DNA from: Azolla caroliniana
Lineage: Eukaryota > Plantae > Polypodiophyta
DNA: 64,000 nucleotides
Assembly (NCBI GenBank): GCA_043228905.1
Contig: JBHGNT010000020.1
Location: 15,562,001 to 15,626,000, forward strand
Direction of reading: 5' to 3'
In this document: positions 14,801-27,956 of the stretch, one piece after another
Position numbering within the stretch: position 1 is the first letter of the stretch
How the letters are laid out: each line of letters opens with the position of its first letter
Translations under genes and position numbers: made by a program
Notes under the pieces: generated by a model
The model's database searches: none
Told to the model about the DNA's origin: nothing
Seen by the model: only the letters and a program-made list of their open reading frames with translations

Positions 14801-17800
14801 AAATATATTGTGTCCTACGCATCTACGGTTTCCTAGATTAACACCTTATCGACCCATATGGTCGAGTTGCACACTAGCCGCTCCTCATTTGGGGCGCTAT
14901 CACAAAATGTGCACTCTAAGAGCACATATGGGGATAGATTTACAACTTGGGGCTGATCATTGATTATATCTAACACGCCCCCTCAATGATCAACCCATTG
15001 AGTTCACTTGGAATTGGGCCAACACCTAGTCGTCGAAGGTGTTGTTGCAACTGTTCTGCTCCAAGCGCCTTTGTGAAGATATCTGCAGCATTTTCTGATG
15101 TTGGACAGTACTCAAGCTCCACAATCTCATCATTTATTAGCTCCCGCACATAGTGATACTGAATCTCTATGTGTTTAGTACGTGCATGAAATACGGGGTT
15201 CTTGGCAATGGCCATGCAACTCTGATTGTCACACCTCAATACCGTTGCCGTCCTTATTGGGACTGCCACATCCATAAGGATTCTTCTTAGCCAAACTACC
15301 TCGCATGCCGCTATGCATGCTGCTTTGTATTCTGCCTCCGTTGAAGATAGTGCCACTGTTGGTTGTTTTTTACTACTCCATGAAACAGCTCCAGATCCTA
15401 TTGAAAAACAATATCCAGAAACTGATTTTCTGGAATCACTATCTCCAGCCCAATCGGAGTCGCAATATCCACTAAGTTGGTCAATTGTTGGCTTGTAGAA
15501 GATTCCATAATTTAAAGTACCCACAATGTACTTTAATACACGTAGAGCAGCTTTCCAATGAGTCTCCTTCGGCTTGTTGCTGAATCGACTCACCACATTG
15601 ACTGCAAAACAAATATCCGGCCTAGTGTTGCATAGGAAAATTAGACTTCCTACTAGTTGTCTATACTTCCTTATGTCAACCATTGGTGATGAGTCTTCTT
15701 GGGATAGCTTGCAGTTTGACTCCATTGGAGTCGACTTCGACTTGCTGTCCATCATCCCGAAGGTCTTCAAGATCTCTGTTGCATACTTTCTTTGTGACAT
15801 GAAGATGCCGACCGAGGTTTGCCAAACCTCAATTCCAAGGAAGTAGTGTAGAATCCCCAAGTCTGTCATTTCAAACTCAGTTTTCAAACACTCTTGTGTT
15901 TGGCCAATGCACTCTTCATGGTCACCAGTAAGTACTAGATCATCCACGTAAATGATAATGATGACTTGTTTCCCGTCCTTCATTTTGACATACATACTTG
16001 CATCCGAAGCACATTGCTTAAAGTCGATTGATCGTAAGAAGCTGTCTATCCTCTTGTTCCAAGCTCTTGGTGCTTGCTTTAGACCATATAGTGCCTTCTT
16101 CAGCTTGCAAACTTTGTTTTCTGAATTCGGTATCTCAAACCCCGGTGGTTGTGTCACATATACCTCCTCCTTGAGATGCCCATTCAGAAATGCTGATTTG
16201 ACATCCATTTGATAAATCGGCCATCCTCTTGAAGCAGCCAACGCTATGACCATTCGAATTGTTGTCATGCGAGCTGTCGGGGCAAATGTTTCTTGTACAT
16301 CGAACCCTTCAATTTGGGAGTATCCTTGCGCTACTAGCCTGGCCTTGAATTTCTCCAAAGAGCCATCAGCTTTATACTTTACTTTCCATACCCACTTCGT
16401 GCCTATCACCTTCTTCTTTGTTGGCCTCTCTACCAACTCCCATGTGTCATTTTTCATGATGCTATCATATTCTGATATCATCGCCTCTTTCCACTTCGGG
16501 TCGGCCATAGCTTCCTCCACCGAGGTCGGCTCACTCACTGAGCCTATGATGTCCACCATCAGAGCCATGTTGACAATGTGGTCAGAGGTTCTTCCTTGCT
16601 CCTGTATTCTTCTTGATCTTCGTAATCCATCAGTTGAAGTTTCAGGAAACTCAACTTTAGGAGTATGATCATTGAAGAGTTGTTGAGCCCACTTAGGTAT
16701 TTTCTTTACATGTGGGACTGGCATAGGCTGAACTAGTGAATCATTACCATCAGATGGTTCAGCTTCCTTTTTTGGATAATGGGTCGGGATTGGGTAAAAT
16801 ACTTCTTCAGTTGATGAGATAACTTGAGAATCGTTGTTCTCAGCTAGCTGTGGTTGTTCCTCATCGAACACCACATCGCGGCTTGTCAATATCTTTCTTG
16901 CCTCTGGATCGTAGAGTCGATAGGCCTTTGACTCTTCACTATATCCGAGAAAGATACACTTTTTGCTTTTAGCATCCAACTTCTTTCTGCTCACATCTGG
17001 AATATGTGCGTAGCACATACACCCAAAGGTTCTGAAGTGCAGCACTGAAGGTTTCTTGCCTGAATAAGCTTCTTGGGGTGTTTTCCCTTGAAGTGCCTTC
17101 GTGTAGCTCCGATTGAGGATGTAAACTGCTGTGTTCACTGCTTCAGCCCAGAATGGGTCGGGCAGCGCTTGTGCCTTCAACATACACCTAGCCATCTCGA
17201 CAACTGTTCGATTTCGACGTTCGACAACGCCATTTTGTTGTGGGGTGTAGGCAGTTGTAAGTTGGCGCTTAATTCCATGCTCTTTGCAATACTCACAGAA
17301 TTCTATTGATAAGAATTCTCCACCTCGATCAGAGCGTAGCTCCTTCACTAACTTTCCAAACTCTCGCTCGACAAACTTATGCCATCTTTTGAAGATTTTA
17401 AAAGCTTCAGCCTTCTCCCGAAGGAAGTAAACCCACATCTTTCTGCTGAAGTCGTCGACTATTAGCATATAGTAGAGAGATCCACCCATTGCAGGAGTCA
17501 CCATTTTTCCAGAGAGGTCAATGTGTATTAGCTGTAGAGGAGTCTTTGCCCGATTTTGACTCTCTTTTGGAATGGCTGATCTTTGATGCTTGCCCATCAT
17601 ACAAGCATCACAAACATGACTTAAGTCAGATAGGGTTGGCAACCCAACTACCATATTCGACTTCTTCATCTCCTTCAACACAGCAACGTTGAGATGCCCA
17701 AATCTCTCATGCCATTGCTTTGTGTTGGTACTTGTGCTGTGGTCAGTAGAAATGGTAAACGCGCTCAGCTCATAGAGATTGTTGCGCCTCACCCCTATTC

Positions 17801-20800
17801 CTACAACCTTGCCAGCAGAATCTGTTATTTCTGCACCCGACTTCTTGAATCGAACATCAAGACCCTTGTCAGTCAGTGCAGAAATGGACAGTAGATTCTT
17901 CTTCAGATCTGGCACGTACAACACTTCAGAGAGATGCTTTGTCCCACCGGTCGTTGCTTTGAGGGAGACGGTTCCGGTTCCTTTGGCCGGACATCGAGCA
18001 TTGTTCCCGACCACAACATTGATGGGCTCTTGTAGAGGTGTCCAAGAACTGTACCAGTCACGATTACTGGTCATATGTCGGGATGCTCCACTATCGAGAA
18101 TCCAAGACTCATCAACAACTTGAGTGTCAACTGAAGAACACACTTCTTCAGTTGCGACCCATAACTCAAGTTCATCTACGACATTGTTAGCGGACTCGGG
18201 CTCTCTCCAAGAAGTCTTATTAGAACCATTCTTCTCATCCGCCATCTTCTTTCGACAATCCTTGATTGTGTGACCCTTCTTGTCACAGTAGAAACACGAT
18301 CCATTGAACTTCTTCTTCTTCGGTATCCTATTCGCATTGTTTGAATTGGATGCCCCTTCACCCTTAGTCCTAGAGACAAATGCTGAATCTTCCCTTTCTT
18401 CTCTTGTCTTCAGCCGAAGCTCCTCTTCAAGCAGCATTGCACTTAGTTCATCAAATTTTAAAGGAGTGGGTCGAACCTGAGTGTTCAATGCTGTCACAAT
18501 GCCATCATACTTGAAAGGAAGTACTCGAATGCACCGACGAGCCATATCCTCTTGAGAGACGACTACTCCAACAGCCGCCAGCTGATCTTGAAGATCCTTA
18601 ATCCTTTTTACAAAGGATTCTACTTTCTCTCCATCAGCGAGCTTCTCTGCAGCAAGCTGATTTTCGAGGTTTTGTATCCTTGTATAGTTTCTGGTCTCAT
18701 ACTGGCTGGCCAGTATGCTCCAAGCTTCATGTGCCCTAGTTGTATGTTGCACTAGTGTTAGTACGGAGTCACATACACCAGTGACTATGGTATATAGCGC
18801 ATCAGCATTCCTTCTCTTCCAGGCTCGAAGTAGATCAGCATTTGGAGGAATTGATGTGGTAGGGTGTGCAGGGTCAAAGGTTGCCATGGGCTCAGGGTCT
18901 CCCCCTGTGGGTCCCATGATTGTTTCCAACAACTCGTAGGAATCCAAAATGGCAGACATTTTGAACTTCCATAGAGTGTAGTTGGTTCCATCTAGCTTTC
19001 CATCAGACAATGGAGGTGGGCGAATGCGCAATGGAGCAGCTGCAACATTCGTGGACAAGGCCATTGATACTCTGTCTCTCTCTCTCTCTCTCTCTCTATT
19101 TCTCTCTGTTGCTAGACAGCAACTACCCGTATATACCTAATCTAGATCAACCTCTTCGCTCTGATACCATATTAGAAATATTGAGAATCGAGTAGATAGG
19201 TATATAGAGTTACAACTGCAGAGATGGATATATGAAAACAGAATTTCTATTACATATGAGAGTAGTTCAAAAATGGTAGTTTTCCCATGCGCTCACACCT
19301 TAGAGCTTAGATAGGATATGGACCGGCTCACTACAAAATTAGTGGGGACTAATGATCAATCTGACCACTATGTGAGAAAAGTGACTTATAATCTATGTTT
19401 GGCCTTAGTATAAATGTGCAAGTCAGTTGACAGTAGTGGAGATATTCCTTTTCTGTCAACTGACTTGTCATTTAATATGACCCAACTCCCTAGGTACAGG
19501 CTAGTGCTAGATAATACTTATCTTGAAGTCAATGACGCATACTTCAAGACTATGTACATCGTAACTTGCCCACAAAATATTCTAGCTGACTTGATTAGCC
19601 AATCCTTTTATCTATTTCTCTCTTTCCTAAATATATTGTGTCCTACGCATCTACGGTTTCCTAGATTAACACCTTATCGACCCATATGGTCGAGTTGCAC
19701 ACTAGCCGCTCCTCATTTGGGGCGCTATCACAAAATGTGCACTCTAAGAGCACATATGGGGATAGATTTACAACTTGGGGCTGATCATTGATTATATCTA
19801 ACACATGTTAGTAAATGTTTGAGTGAATATATGGTTAAAAATGTGCATACCACATTTATATATCGATAATTTTGTTCTTTCTATTTGCATCATTGCTGGC
19901 CAGAAAATAAGTAAACAAGCTAATCTAATTTATTTTGAAGATACCTTGTTTCGCATATCATAAACATACGACTCCACCGCATTCTTCTTATCCTTTGTTT
20001 CCTCCATGATTCGGTCTTGCAAAGCCATCTCATATTCCTTTTCAATAGCCTTCTCCAGCTCACTGTGAGGAAGACCTCCAATAAAACCTTCCTGAAATTG
20101 AATATCCTTTCTCTTGGCCTTTTTTTTCTTTGCATCTTTCTGCAAGCATTGAGTTGATGAATGATACTTTTCTTTTCCTGCATTGCGAGCTTGAATATTA
20201 TTTGATGCCAAAATTTAAAGCAAACCTTGGGAGGCTCAACTTCCATTTGTGAGCCCTGCTCTGCACCACTAGTATCTGAAGGATTAGTTTCAGCCATGGT
20301 TGTCTTCAAATTGATTGCATCAACTGGAATATCTACGCCATCCATACCTTCATCTTTATCAATCTCCATATTCATAGTCCTTTTTGTATGAGCTTCTACA
20401 TCCTCCTCTTCAACCATCTAAGAAAATTGTAAAATATCACTTGACTCTATCAAGTCTACATGTTCGCTCAAAGGTGAGAGTGGTACTTACAATCGCTGAT
20501 TCCAATGAGATGATTCCATGCAAATTCAATCTCAACTTAACTTTAATTTTAGCTATACCATCCTTTGTAGGTTGAATGGGACCGATCTGTGAAAAACCAT
20601 TACCACAACTAAGTAAAACCAGATATATGTACCCAAACAAGAAAAGGTTGTATAAGAGTGTTTCTTACCATATATGTGTTTATTTTCTGAGAAGCTCCCA
20701 GAGGGAGACCCTGCATGTCTGTATAGAGAAGATCAAAACTGAAGCTTCCTTGTCTATAGAAAGTGAGCATTTTGGTGCTCGGGACAGGATTTCCTTTCTG

Positions 20801-22323
20801 AAACACAATGCTACTGAGTTCTTTTACCCCTGCCTCATCTGTGCTTTTCCATACAATTGAGATGGAAAATGGGAATGCCTCTTGAACCTGAAGAATACGT
20901 TTGCAATGAATGATACGAATTTGAATAAGAAGAAATCAAAATCAATCATCTTATTTGGGTTAGAAGAAATATGTTGTAATGATGAAAATCCACATCAAAC
21001 AACATCCAGAAACCTATGACTTTGAGCTAAATGGATGAATAATATGATTTTGAAGAGTGAACATAAATCACAACACTCAAATCATATGATTTTGTGTTAC
21101 GTGAATCACACAATTTTGAACTATAAAAATTTGTCGCAGTATAACATGTATACCTCAAACTCACGAACTCTAAAGGTCGGACTTAACATGGCACATTGCA
21201 AAGCACAACCCCGAGCAATGCATTCACTTGCATTCATCGTCCTCCTTGGCTCTTTCTGAAAAACACTAGAAAGGATCTTTAATATGGCAGGTACCCTTGA
21301 ACCCGAACCTACCACTTCCAAAGCATGGAGCTTATCTATTGATATATCCGCCTCAACCAACGCTCTTTCACACAGATCTCGCACTCGTTCGAGAATGGGT
21401 TGAGCTAATATCTCAAAATTCTCCCTCTTCATATAGCCCCTCACATCTTTCTCATCCATTAGGCATTCAATGTTCAATGGGGCCTCTGCATTGGCACTCA
21501 GTACCTTCTTCATCTTTTCACAGGCCAATCTCAATCTTTGGCATGCCCTAGCATTGGAAAGAACATCAATCTTGTAGTCTACTTTAAAGTTTGCACAAAA
21601 GTGGTGAAAAAGGACATCATCGAAATCTCGACCTCCCAGAGATCGGTTAAATGCATGTGCTAACACCTTGAGGTGCCCTTTCTTGAAGGCACATATGCAT
21701 ACTTGCATTGAGGCATGGCCTACATCAACAAAAACAACATTGATCGGGTCATTTTCGGGCAAATCAGTTCGATAAAGACCATAAGCAAGGGCGGTTGAGG
21801 TGGTCTCATGCATTAAACGAAGAGGCCTAAGGCCAGCAATAGAGGCAGCATCAATTATAGCTCGACGTTGTATATCACTGAAGAACACTGGTATTCCAAT
21901 AACACAATCACACACATTTGTCTGGAGGTTTTTTTCTGCAATGCTTTTGAGATTCGACAAGATCATGCCAAGGATCTGTGTAGGCGTAAAAGCTCTGCTT
22001 TCGCCTAGGTAGGAAACGTGGATCAATGGTGAACCGTCGGGTCCCTCAGAGACGAGAAAAGGAAAGTCTTGTATATCTCTCTGAACCTCGGAGTCTCGGA
22101 ATAATCTTCCAATAAGACGCTTTACCTGAGAGACTGTGTTGTTAGGGTTCATTGAGAGGGATGCAGACGCTGCTGTGCCCAGGAAACGCTGCTTCTCGCT
22201 GAATGAAACGAGGGCAGGAGTTTCCCGTTTCGATTCGTCGTTGAGAACCACATCGATCCCTCTCTGACGAGCTACGGCGACGATGCAGTTCTCGTTCCCC
22301 ACATCCAGCCCTACGACACTCAT
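11804..22323 (-). CDS. Cytosolic Hsp110/SSE-type heat shock protein 70 (HSP70-14/15-like), 830 aa, 9 exons
   Basis: Exons 22323-21154, 20887-20669, 20586-20491, 20417-20226, 20139-19945, 13082-12936, 12810-12661 (GC donor), 12570-12440, 11996-11804 total 2493 nt in frame. Motifs [80 protein letters not shown]. Confidence 0.95.
13158..13730. repeat. Imperfect three-copy repeat (about 215-270 bp spacing) in HSP70 intron 5
   Basis: aacacccac...atg...cca.gaacca at 13158, 13428 and 13643; aaagaaagacatataccatta occurs twice. Confidence 0.6.
14342..19803 (-). mobile_element. Intact full-length Ty1/copia retrotransposon in HSP70 intron 5
   Basis: 634-bp LTRs at 14342-14975 and 19170-19803 with no difference found by eye; TSD CATGT (14337-14341, 19804-19808); PBS TGGTATCAGAGC (tRNA-iMet) at 19158-19169; PPT GAGGGGGCG next to 14975. 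Confidence 0.97.
14970..19064 (-). CDS. Copia gag-pol polyprotein, 1364 aa, uninterrupted
   Basis: Zinc knuckle [14 protein letters not shown], protease [15 protein letters not shown]...CDAC, integrase core, RT YVDD, RNase H DSDWAG/ADIFTK. Confidence 0.97.
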   Translation of the reverse strand: MALSTNVAAAPLRIRPPPLSDGKLDGTNYTLWKFKMSAILDSYELLETIMGPTGGDPEPMATFDPAHPTTSIPPNADLLRAWKRRNADALYTIVTGVCDSVLTLVQHTTRAHEAWSILASQYETRNYTRIQNLENQLAAEKLADGEKVESFVKRIKDLQDQLAAVGVVVSQEDMARRCIRVLPFKYDGIVTALNTQVRPTPLKFDELSAMLLEEELRLKTREEREDSAFVSRTKGEGASNSNNANRIPKKKKFNGSCFYCDKKGHTIKDCRKKMADEKNGSNKTSWREPESANNVVDELELWVATEEVCSSVDTQVVDESWILDSGASRHMTSNRDWYSSWTPLQEPINVVVGNNARCPAKGTGTVSLKATTGGTKHLSEVLYVPDLKKNLLSISALTDKGLDVRFKKSGAEITDSAGKVVGIGVRRNNLYELSAFTISTDHSTSTNTKQWHERFGHLNVAVLKEMKKSNMVVGLPTLSDLSHVCDACMMGKHQRSAIPKESQNRAKTPLQLIHIDLSGKMVTPAMGGSLYYMLIVDDFSRKMWVYFLREKAEAFKIFKRWHKFVEREFGKLVKELRSDRGGEFLSIEFCEYCKEHGIKRQLTTAYTPQQNGVVERRNRTVVEMARCMLKAQALPDPFWAEAVNTAVYILNRSYTKALQGKTPQEAYSGKKPSVLHFRTFGCMCYAHIPDVSRKKLDAKSKKCIFLGYSEESKAYRLYDPEARKILTSRDVVFDEEQPQLAENNDSQVISSTEEVFYPIPTHYPKKEAEPSDGNDSLVQPMPVPHVKKIPKWAQQLFNDHTPKVEFPETSTDGLRRSRRIQEQGRTSDHIVNMALMVDIIGSVSEPTSVEEAMADPKWKEAMISEYDSIMKNDTWELVERPTKKKVIGTKWVWKVKYKADGSLEKFKARLVAQGYSQIEGFDVQETFAPTARMTTIRMVIALAASRGWPIYQMDVKSAFLNGHLKEEVYVTQPPGFEIPNSENKVCKLKKALYGLKQAPRAWNKRIDSFLRSIDFKQCASDASMYVKMKDGKQVIIIIYVDDLVLTGDHEECIGQTQECLKTEFEMTDLGILHYFLGIEVWQTSVGIFMSQRKYATEILKTFGMMDSKSKSTPMESNCKLSQEDSSPMVDIRKYRQLVGSLIFLCNTRPDICFAVNVVSRFSNKPKETHWKAALRVLKYIVGTLNYGIFYKPTIDQLSGYCDSDWAGDSDSRKSVSGYCFSIGSGAVSWSSKKQPTVALSSTEAEYKAACIAACEVVWLRRILMDVAVPIRTATVLRCDNQSCMAIAKNPVFHARTKHIEIQYHYVRELINDEIVELEYCPTSENAADIFTKALGAEQLQQHLRRLGVGPIPSELNGLIIEGAC

Positions 22324-22582
22324 CGCAGCCAACCGAGCGTCGCGCGGAGAACAGAGGAGATGCAGACCAGACCTCCTCTTCCGGCGAATGGAATATGTAT
22401 GTAAATGAAGTTTCTGTAGTCTCTCTCTCTCTCTCTCTCTGTGATGCAGGAAGAAAGAAAGAAAGTAGTAGGGGTTTCGTTACATAGTTGGTTCGTTGGT
22501 TACTTACTACTACTACTGATCAGTTCGTTTGTTCGTTCCTTCCTTCCTTGTCTCTCTCTTTGCAGATTTATGCATCCGTGAC

Positions 22583-22584
<2 letters not shown>

Positions 22585-22626
<42 letters not shown>
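22585..22626. repeat. (TG)n microsatellite; a (CT)n run also lies at about 22420-22440
   Basis: Seen directly upstream of the HSP70 start. Confidence 0.95.
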
Positions 22627-22629
<3 letters not shown>

Positions 22630-22914
22630 AAATGCGAACATGTATAAGTAATTCAATGTTAACGTGTGGGTACTAAAGTGTATATCTAGTTTAGTGCGCA
22701 CATGCATTTGTGAATGAGGGAGGGAAAGAGAGAGAGGTATTGTTTTTATTTTATTTTATTTTATATTTTATGAGAATCATTATTATTATTTAATTATTTA
22801 TATCTATATGATCTTATTTCTATGTGATTTTTATTTATTTATTTATTATTATCCAGTAAATATTTTATTTGTATATTGTTATTTACTTACTTATTTTATT
22901 TGAGAGTAACATTG

Positions 22915-23320
22915 AACCGAACCGAACCGCGAACCCGCGGCTTAACGGTTTCAACGGTTCGGTTCGGTTCAGTTCAGGTTTAGGTTTTTAAAAACGGTTT
23001 GGTTTCAATAGTCAGAAACCGCGGTTTAAACGGTTTAACGTTTTTTTTATTTTTATTTATTTTTAAATATAAAAAAATAATAAATTGTTTTCAAACAATC
23101 TTTTCATTTTTAGACCTTATTCTCACATTTTAGGAACATCTTAAAAAAATTTTAAATGAAATATTATAAATTTTAAAATTTTGACCTATGTTGAAAACCG
23201 AAACCAAACCACGAAACCGCGGTTTTTCCGATTTAATGGTTTAACGGTTTTGTGGTTCGGTTTGGTTCAGGTTTCAAAAAATTTAAACGGTTTGGACCCT
23301 CTCAAACCGAACCGAACCAT
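22915..23320. mobile_element. AACCG/CGGTT-rich non-autonomous element (MITE-like)
   Basis: Clusters of aaccgaaccg and cggttcggtt in both orientations around an AT-rich core; aaaccgcggtt occurs twice. Termini and TSD not resolved. Confidence 0.55.
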
Positions 23321-23363
23321 TGCTGATTGTTATTTGAGAGGGGGAAATGATCGCAACTGAAGC

Positions 23364-23575
23364 TTTAGGGTTTGGGGATAAGGTTTTGCGCCGAGGGTCA
23401 AGTGTTTAAGGTTCAGGATTCAAGGTTGAGATGTAAGTTTTCAAGGGTGAAGGTGTAAGTTTCCATAGCTACGGTTTGATTTTCCAAGATAGAGGTTTAA
23501 GTTTTTAGGGTTTAGGATTTACTAGGGTTAACGGTTAACAATTAAGTGTTTAGGGTTTAGGCTAAGGGCTAAGGT
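23364..23575 (+). repeat. Degenerate TTTAGGG telomere-like repeats
   Basis: tttagggtttgggg, tttagggtttagga, tttagggtttaggctaaggg. Confidence 0.55.
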
Positions 23576-24074
23576 AAGAGGGTCCAGTGCTGAGAGATCA
23601 AGCTCATTGTGAAGGGTTAAGGGTTGAATGTATCCAACTCGAGTATATCGTGCTGAAGACACCAAAACTCAACGGGTTGGCCGAGAGGATGGACCAGACC
23701 ATTATGGAGAGGGTCTGAAGTATGCTCGCACATGCTAAGTTGTCCAAGATGTTTTGGGTTGAGGCGATGGTGACAACAATGTATGTAACACCAGGTCATT
23801 TGAAACAGGTAATATGTCACAATTTAAGAACAGTCTGTCCAAAAAAGACACAAAGTAGGTCATTTCACAAAAAGGACCATCACATGCGTAAAAGGTTTTG
23901 GAAATTGAATCAAAATATATTGATTTATACCATGTCCAAAAATTTAGGGCTTTCAAAAAATGCCCTAATAATCGACACGTGAAATTTACAAGAGAACATA
24001 CAAAAATTACAAAATGACGAACATGTATATTTATACATATTTGTGAATCGCCATATTGATGTAACATACAATAT

Positions 24075-27000
24075 TTACATTTCATATATGAGATCCATCA
24101 CTTCCCAGAGATACGCCTTCCCCTTTAGACCCACCCGATGAACTAGAAGAGCTTTGTGAGGTCTCATCCTCATCATCACTAGCAACCAATGCATTGTCTT
24201 CATCCAATTGCAAGTCACCGTGATTATGAGACATACTCCTTGTTCATATCTGTAATGCGTCAACAAGCACATATGGGACCTCCTCTTTTATTATCTTGAT
24301 TGTAGTCGGTCTTAGATGGCCTGTTATGGTCAATGAGAAGTCATACACCAGTATGACAACATTATCAAGTGTTAGAGTAGACATGCTGGGTAGATTCTTT
24401 CTTCTCTGCTTTCTACTTGTGCCTTCGACATCCTTACTCATCTCTAAAGAGTACTTCCCAATAAATGCATCTTTGGAAGAGGTATGATAACAATGGACCA
24501 CAATGTATTGAACTTGATTGCCTTCATCATCCTTAATAATTTCAATGATTTTAGCAATCCAAAAGGGATGGCCCAACTTATCACCCCCAGCTAATGTTGC
24601 AACCAGCATACCAACTTGTAGCTCATGTAGATTGCCTTGCCATCTTGTCTCAACAGCATGCGATAATCTTGGGACCACACGTAAATCTCTCTTTATCGTG
24701 GACGAACTAGATTATTCATTCGAATTGATTTTGTACTGGCCATACTCCCGCAAAGTAGTTATCTAATATCGTCCGTTGATGATTAAAGAAGTTATCCCAC
24801 CATTCCACATCCTGATCACCAACATACTTTTTGGTTCTCTCAATATTTTTGTGTTTTTCCTCACGGCACCGCGTCCAATATATCTTTTACTCTTCAATTG
24901 AACTATTAGTAGCCAATCTTTTGTGGTCATCATAGGGCATTTGTTCTGCACCATAGATTACTACATCTAGGAAATGCAATAAGAGCCTACATCCGTCTTG
25001 TGGCTCCCATTGCGAACTAGATGAGTGTTGTTTGACGTACAACATCGTCTGGTTGTGACTGACCGCACTTTTGTGGAGGAGGAAGACGTGGTTAAAACTT
25101 ATATTATTAACTTAGTAAGAAACCTACATCGAGTCCCATCACCATTCTCATAGAATTGTTTAAAATCATAAACTTCATCGAAATGTCGTACATCTGGTTT
25201 TGGGGTATAAGCTTTTGTGATCAACTTTGATAGCATAGGAAGTGTGAAAGCATCACATCTCGCTAATTTCTTGGAGAATCAACTAAACATTTGATCTATG
25301 TGATCATGTGTGTGACCAACCAGTAAGAAGTTGACCTTAATCTTTTTGAAAATACCCTTGTCTACTAACATGCTTAAATAACCAAACACAGTTGAGTTCT
25401 TGTTTTCTCTCGATATAAATGGATCACCCCACAAGAGCCACTCCCATCTAAAATGTTGTACTATAAGGAACATTCCTTGCACTTCTCTAAGTTAGGTTTT
25501 ATTACACAACCAAGATATCTAGATACATTATTATCAAATGCACTAAGGGTGGCCATTGGACAACTTAGGATATTATCTCACCAACTTGAGATTGAGAATG
25601 GTCGGGCTAATAGAGTCCCCAGAGAGGAAACGCTATGTAGGTTATGCCACATAGAGATAGAGGATGAGTATCACTTCACATGCAAATGCCCAACTTATGC
25701 TGAGATACAGACGGAATACCAAGACACATTAGGACCCTCTCCCACCCTCTCCAAACAATTGGATACCCCGGATGTAAAGAGACTAGGTAGGTATATCTTA
25801 GAGCTAAAACAACATAGGGAGAATAAATTACAAAGTGTTAACCATAACCCTTTTACTATTCATCAACATGTAACTAGTATAATTTTTCAGGAACAAGGGG
25901 AGACAATGAATGTGGATACACTTACGCCACTCGACCTCTCTCTTGAGGAATCCAAAATGCAAAGAACAACCAAACGCCCTTGGATGTTGGGCTTCAAAAC
26001 AAGTTGACACGGAGTAGAAAAGATTAAGAAGATAAGGGAATGTGAGCTACGTCGACTAGAAGCAATGGTTGGGGTACCTTTTACATTGGGACCACGGGCC
26101 ACATCCACATCGAAAACCCTGGACCTCCCGCTTCTCTTCGAGAGACTTGGATGGAAATGAAATTAGGCCTAGTATAACATCATTTTCATTGTAGAACATG
26201 TTTTTTATATAGAACATGTTTTTTATTTTACTAGAACTATTTAGCTTAAAACTCTATTTTTATCTTATTTTTATTTTTATTTTTTACTTTCGATGAATGG
26301 GTAAATATCCCATTTTTTGTTGTAAACCATTTGTCTCATGGGACAATTTTGGCCTTAGAAGACGTTAATATATCTTTCTTTCTTTCTTTCTTTCTCGATG
26401 TGTTGTCTACTTGCACGTATAGTACTACTGGCAGGAGTAAACCTTACCAAGTCTGCAAAACTCTTTGCGTCACTGTTACTGTAAGATTAGGGTCGTTGTG
26501 CATATGTGGATAAGTTAGGAACACTTGAGGCCTTATTGTCTGAAAATATAGAAGACAACCTACTAAGTGCATCTACACTAGGCATTCATCTCCAATATCC
26601 TTGGGCAACCTTCGAAAGTCTGGCAAACAAGTTTTCTTCTAATCCATCCCATCTATAATCAAGCACATATACCTTTATGGTGATTGAAGTGCTTTTTGAT
26701 GATGGTGCATAGCTTTAGATCTTTCCAACGCTTGACTTTCTTGATGCTCTTTTAATAAATTCTTATAATTGTTTATTTCATCATCTATTGTCCCACTCTT
26801 TGCCATGCTTTTTAAACTTGCACATACAGAACAAACACCCATTCGAACCTTACGGGGTGTGACCACATTGTTAAACTTCAATCTCCATAATCAATTAAAA
26901 TGTCGATATTGTATATAAGGTACACTTTCTAATAACATGTCATCCTTATACGCTTCGCTTGGTACATCTCACGACGAGTGAATTTATCTGACAAATGTAA

Positions 27001-27739
27001 TCTTCCAATAGTGGGTATAACATCACATTGCTTCGAGAAATATATCTCCATCCATCTCACGACATGCCGCCCAATCAGACCCTTACATGCAGATTCTATA
27101 TTGTTGAAAGGTAGCCACGACCCCTTATCTAATCGATGTTGAAATTTCTGGAGCCTCATGTTACCAATGCTATAAGCAATCTTAAAAGCTACTGGACAAC
27201 TCTTCATATTAAGTGAAAGGTAATATTCCACATGCGGAGAACTTGAAACTGCCACGTGTTCCTTAACAAGTTGCATATGTGAAATCAAGAAATTTTCTTG
27301 TTCATTGCCATTAAGTGACAAATACTTCTGTCGCAAGCCCCTCAAGTTTACCTTTCCAAAATTTGAAAGATAGATTCCCATAACATGGCTTGCATATATC
27401 AAATGCAATTTGGTGATCTAAACACAAAAAATTATCTTTTAACACTCACTTGTTGAGGAACTCTTTGAAAATTCAGAGCCTTATTGACACAATCCTCGTC
27501 AACATTACATAAACTAGAATCATCATGGTTTGTAACTACTTATTATTTCGTAGTCTACCTAAGTTAAAAGGCTTGATCGAAAAAAGTGAATTCGAACTTT
27601 GCCCAACATCATCGTTGGACTCTACATGGCACAATTTATTATTTATATGGTTATATTCCTCGATAGAGAATACTGAATTATTAGATAATTTAAAAGGCTC
27701 AATGGAAAATAGAAAATTTCTACTCGAGGTTGAGGACAT
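24075..27739 (-). pseudogene. DDE-type transposase, Sola-like, disrupted
   Basis: CSVC zinc-binding segment, then CLIIDGMD, LYVQVDNT/SRENKN and FLLVGHTHDHIDQMFS; several stops and a LINE insertion. Family assigned from recalled motif pattern; 3' boundary approximate. Confidence 0.75.
25415..26392 (+). mobile_element. 5'-truncated LINE inserted in the transposase catalytic region
   Basis: ORF2 C-terminal LRILSHQLEIENGR...CRLC...EDEYHFTCKCPTY; (TTTC)n 3' tail; TSD TCTCGAT at 25408-25414 and 26393-26399. Confidence 0.85.
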
Positions 27740-27956
27740 CTTGACTAAGGCTAACTAAGCTCAACTAGGTCGAAAATAGCTCAAAATCTTCTTCTATAAT
27801 AAATCAAATTAAAAAATAAACAAATAAATAAATATAAAGGAAAGGCCTCTTGTCATTGTCATTATCGCATTCAAGAAGCAAAAGAGCATAGGAGCATAGA
27901 ACATCCCAAACCTTCCGTTTTCGCCTCCCTGGTCAACTCGAGTCGACTTCAGCAAC

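Noticed and set aside
14586-14963. 125-aa ORF, duplicated at 19414-19791
   Set aside because: Antisense ORF inside the identical LTRs with no recognisable domain
22407-22416. HSE upstream of the Hsp110 gene (tGAAgtTTCt)
   Set aside because: Only two units, which is expected by chance
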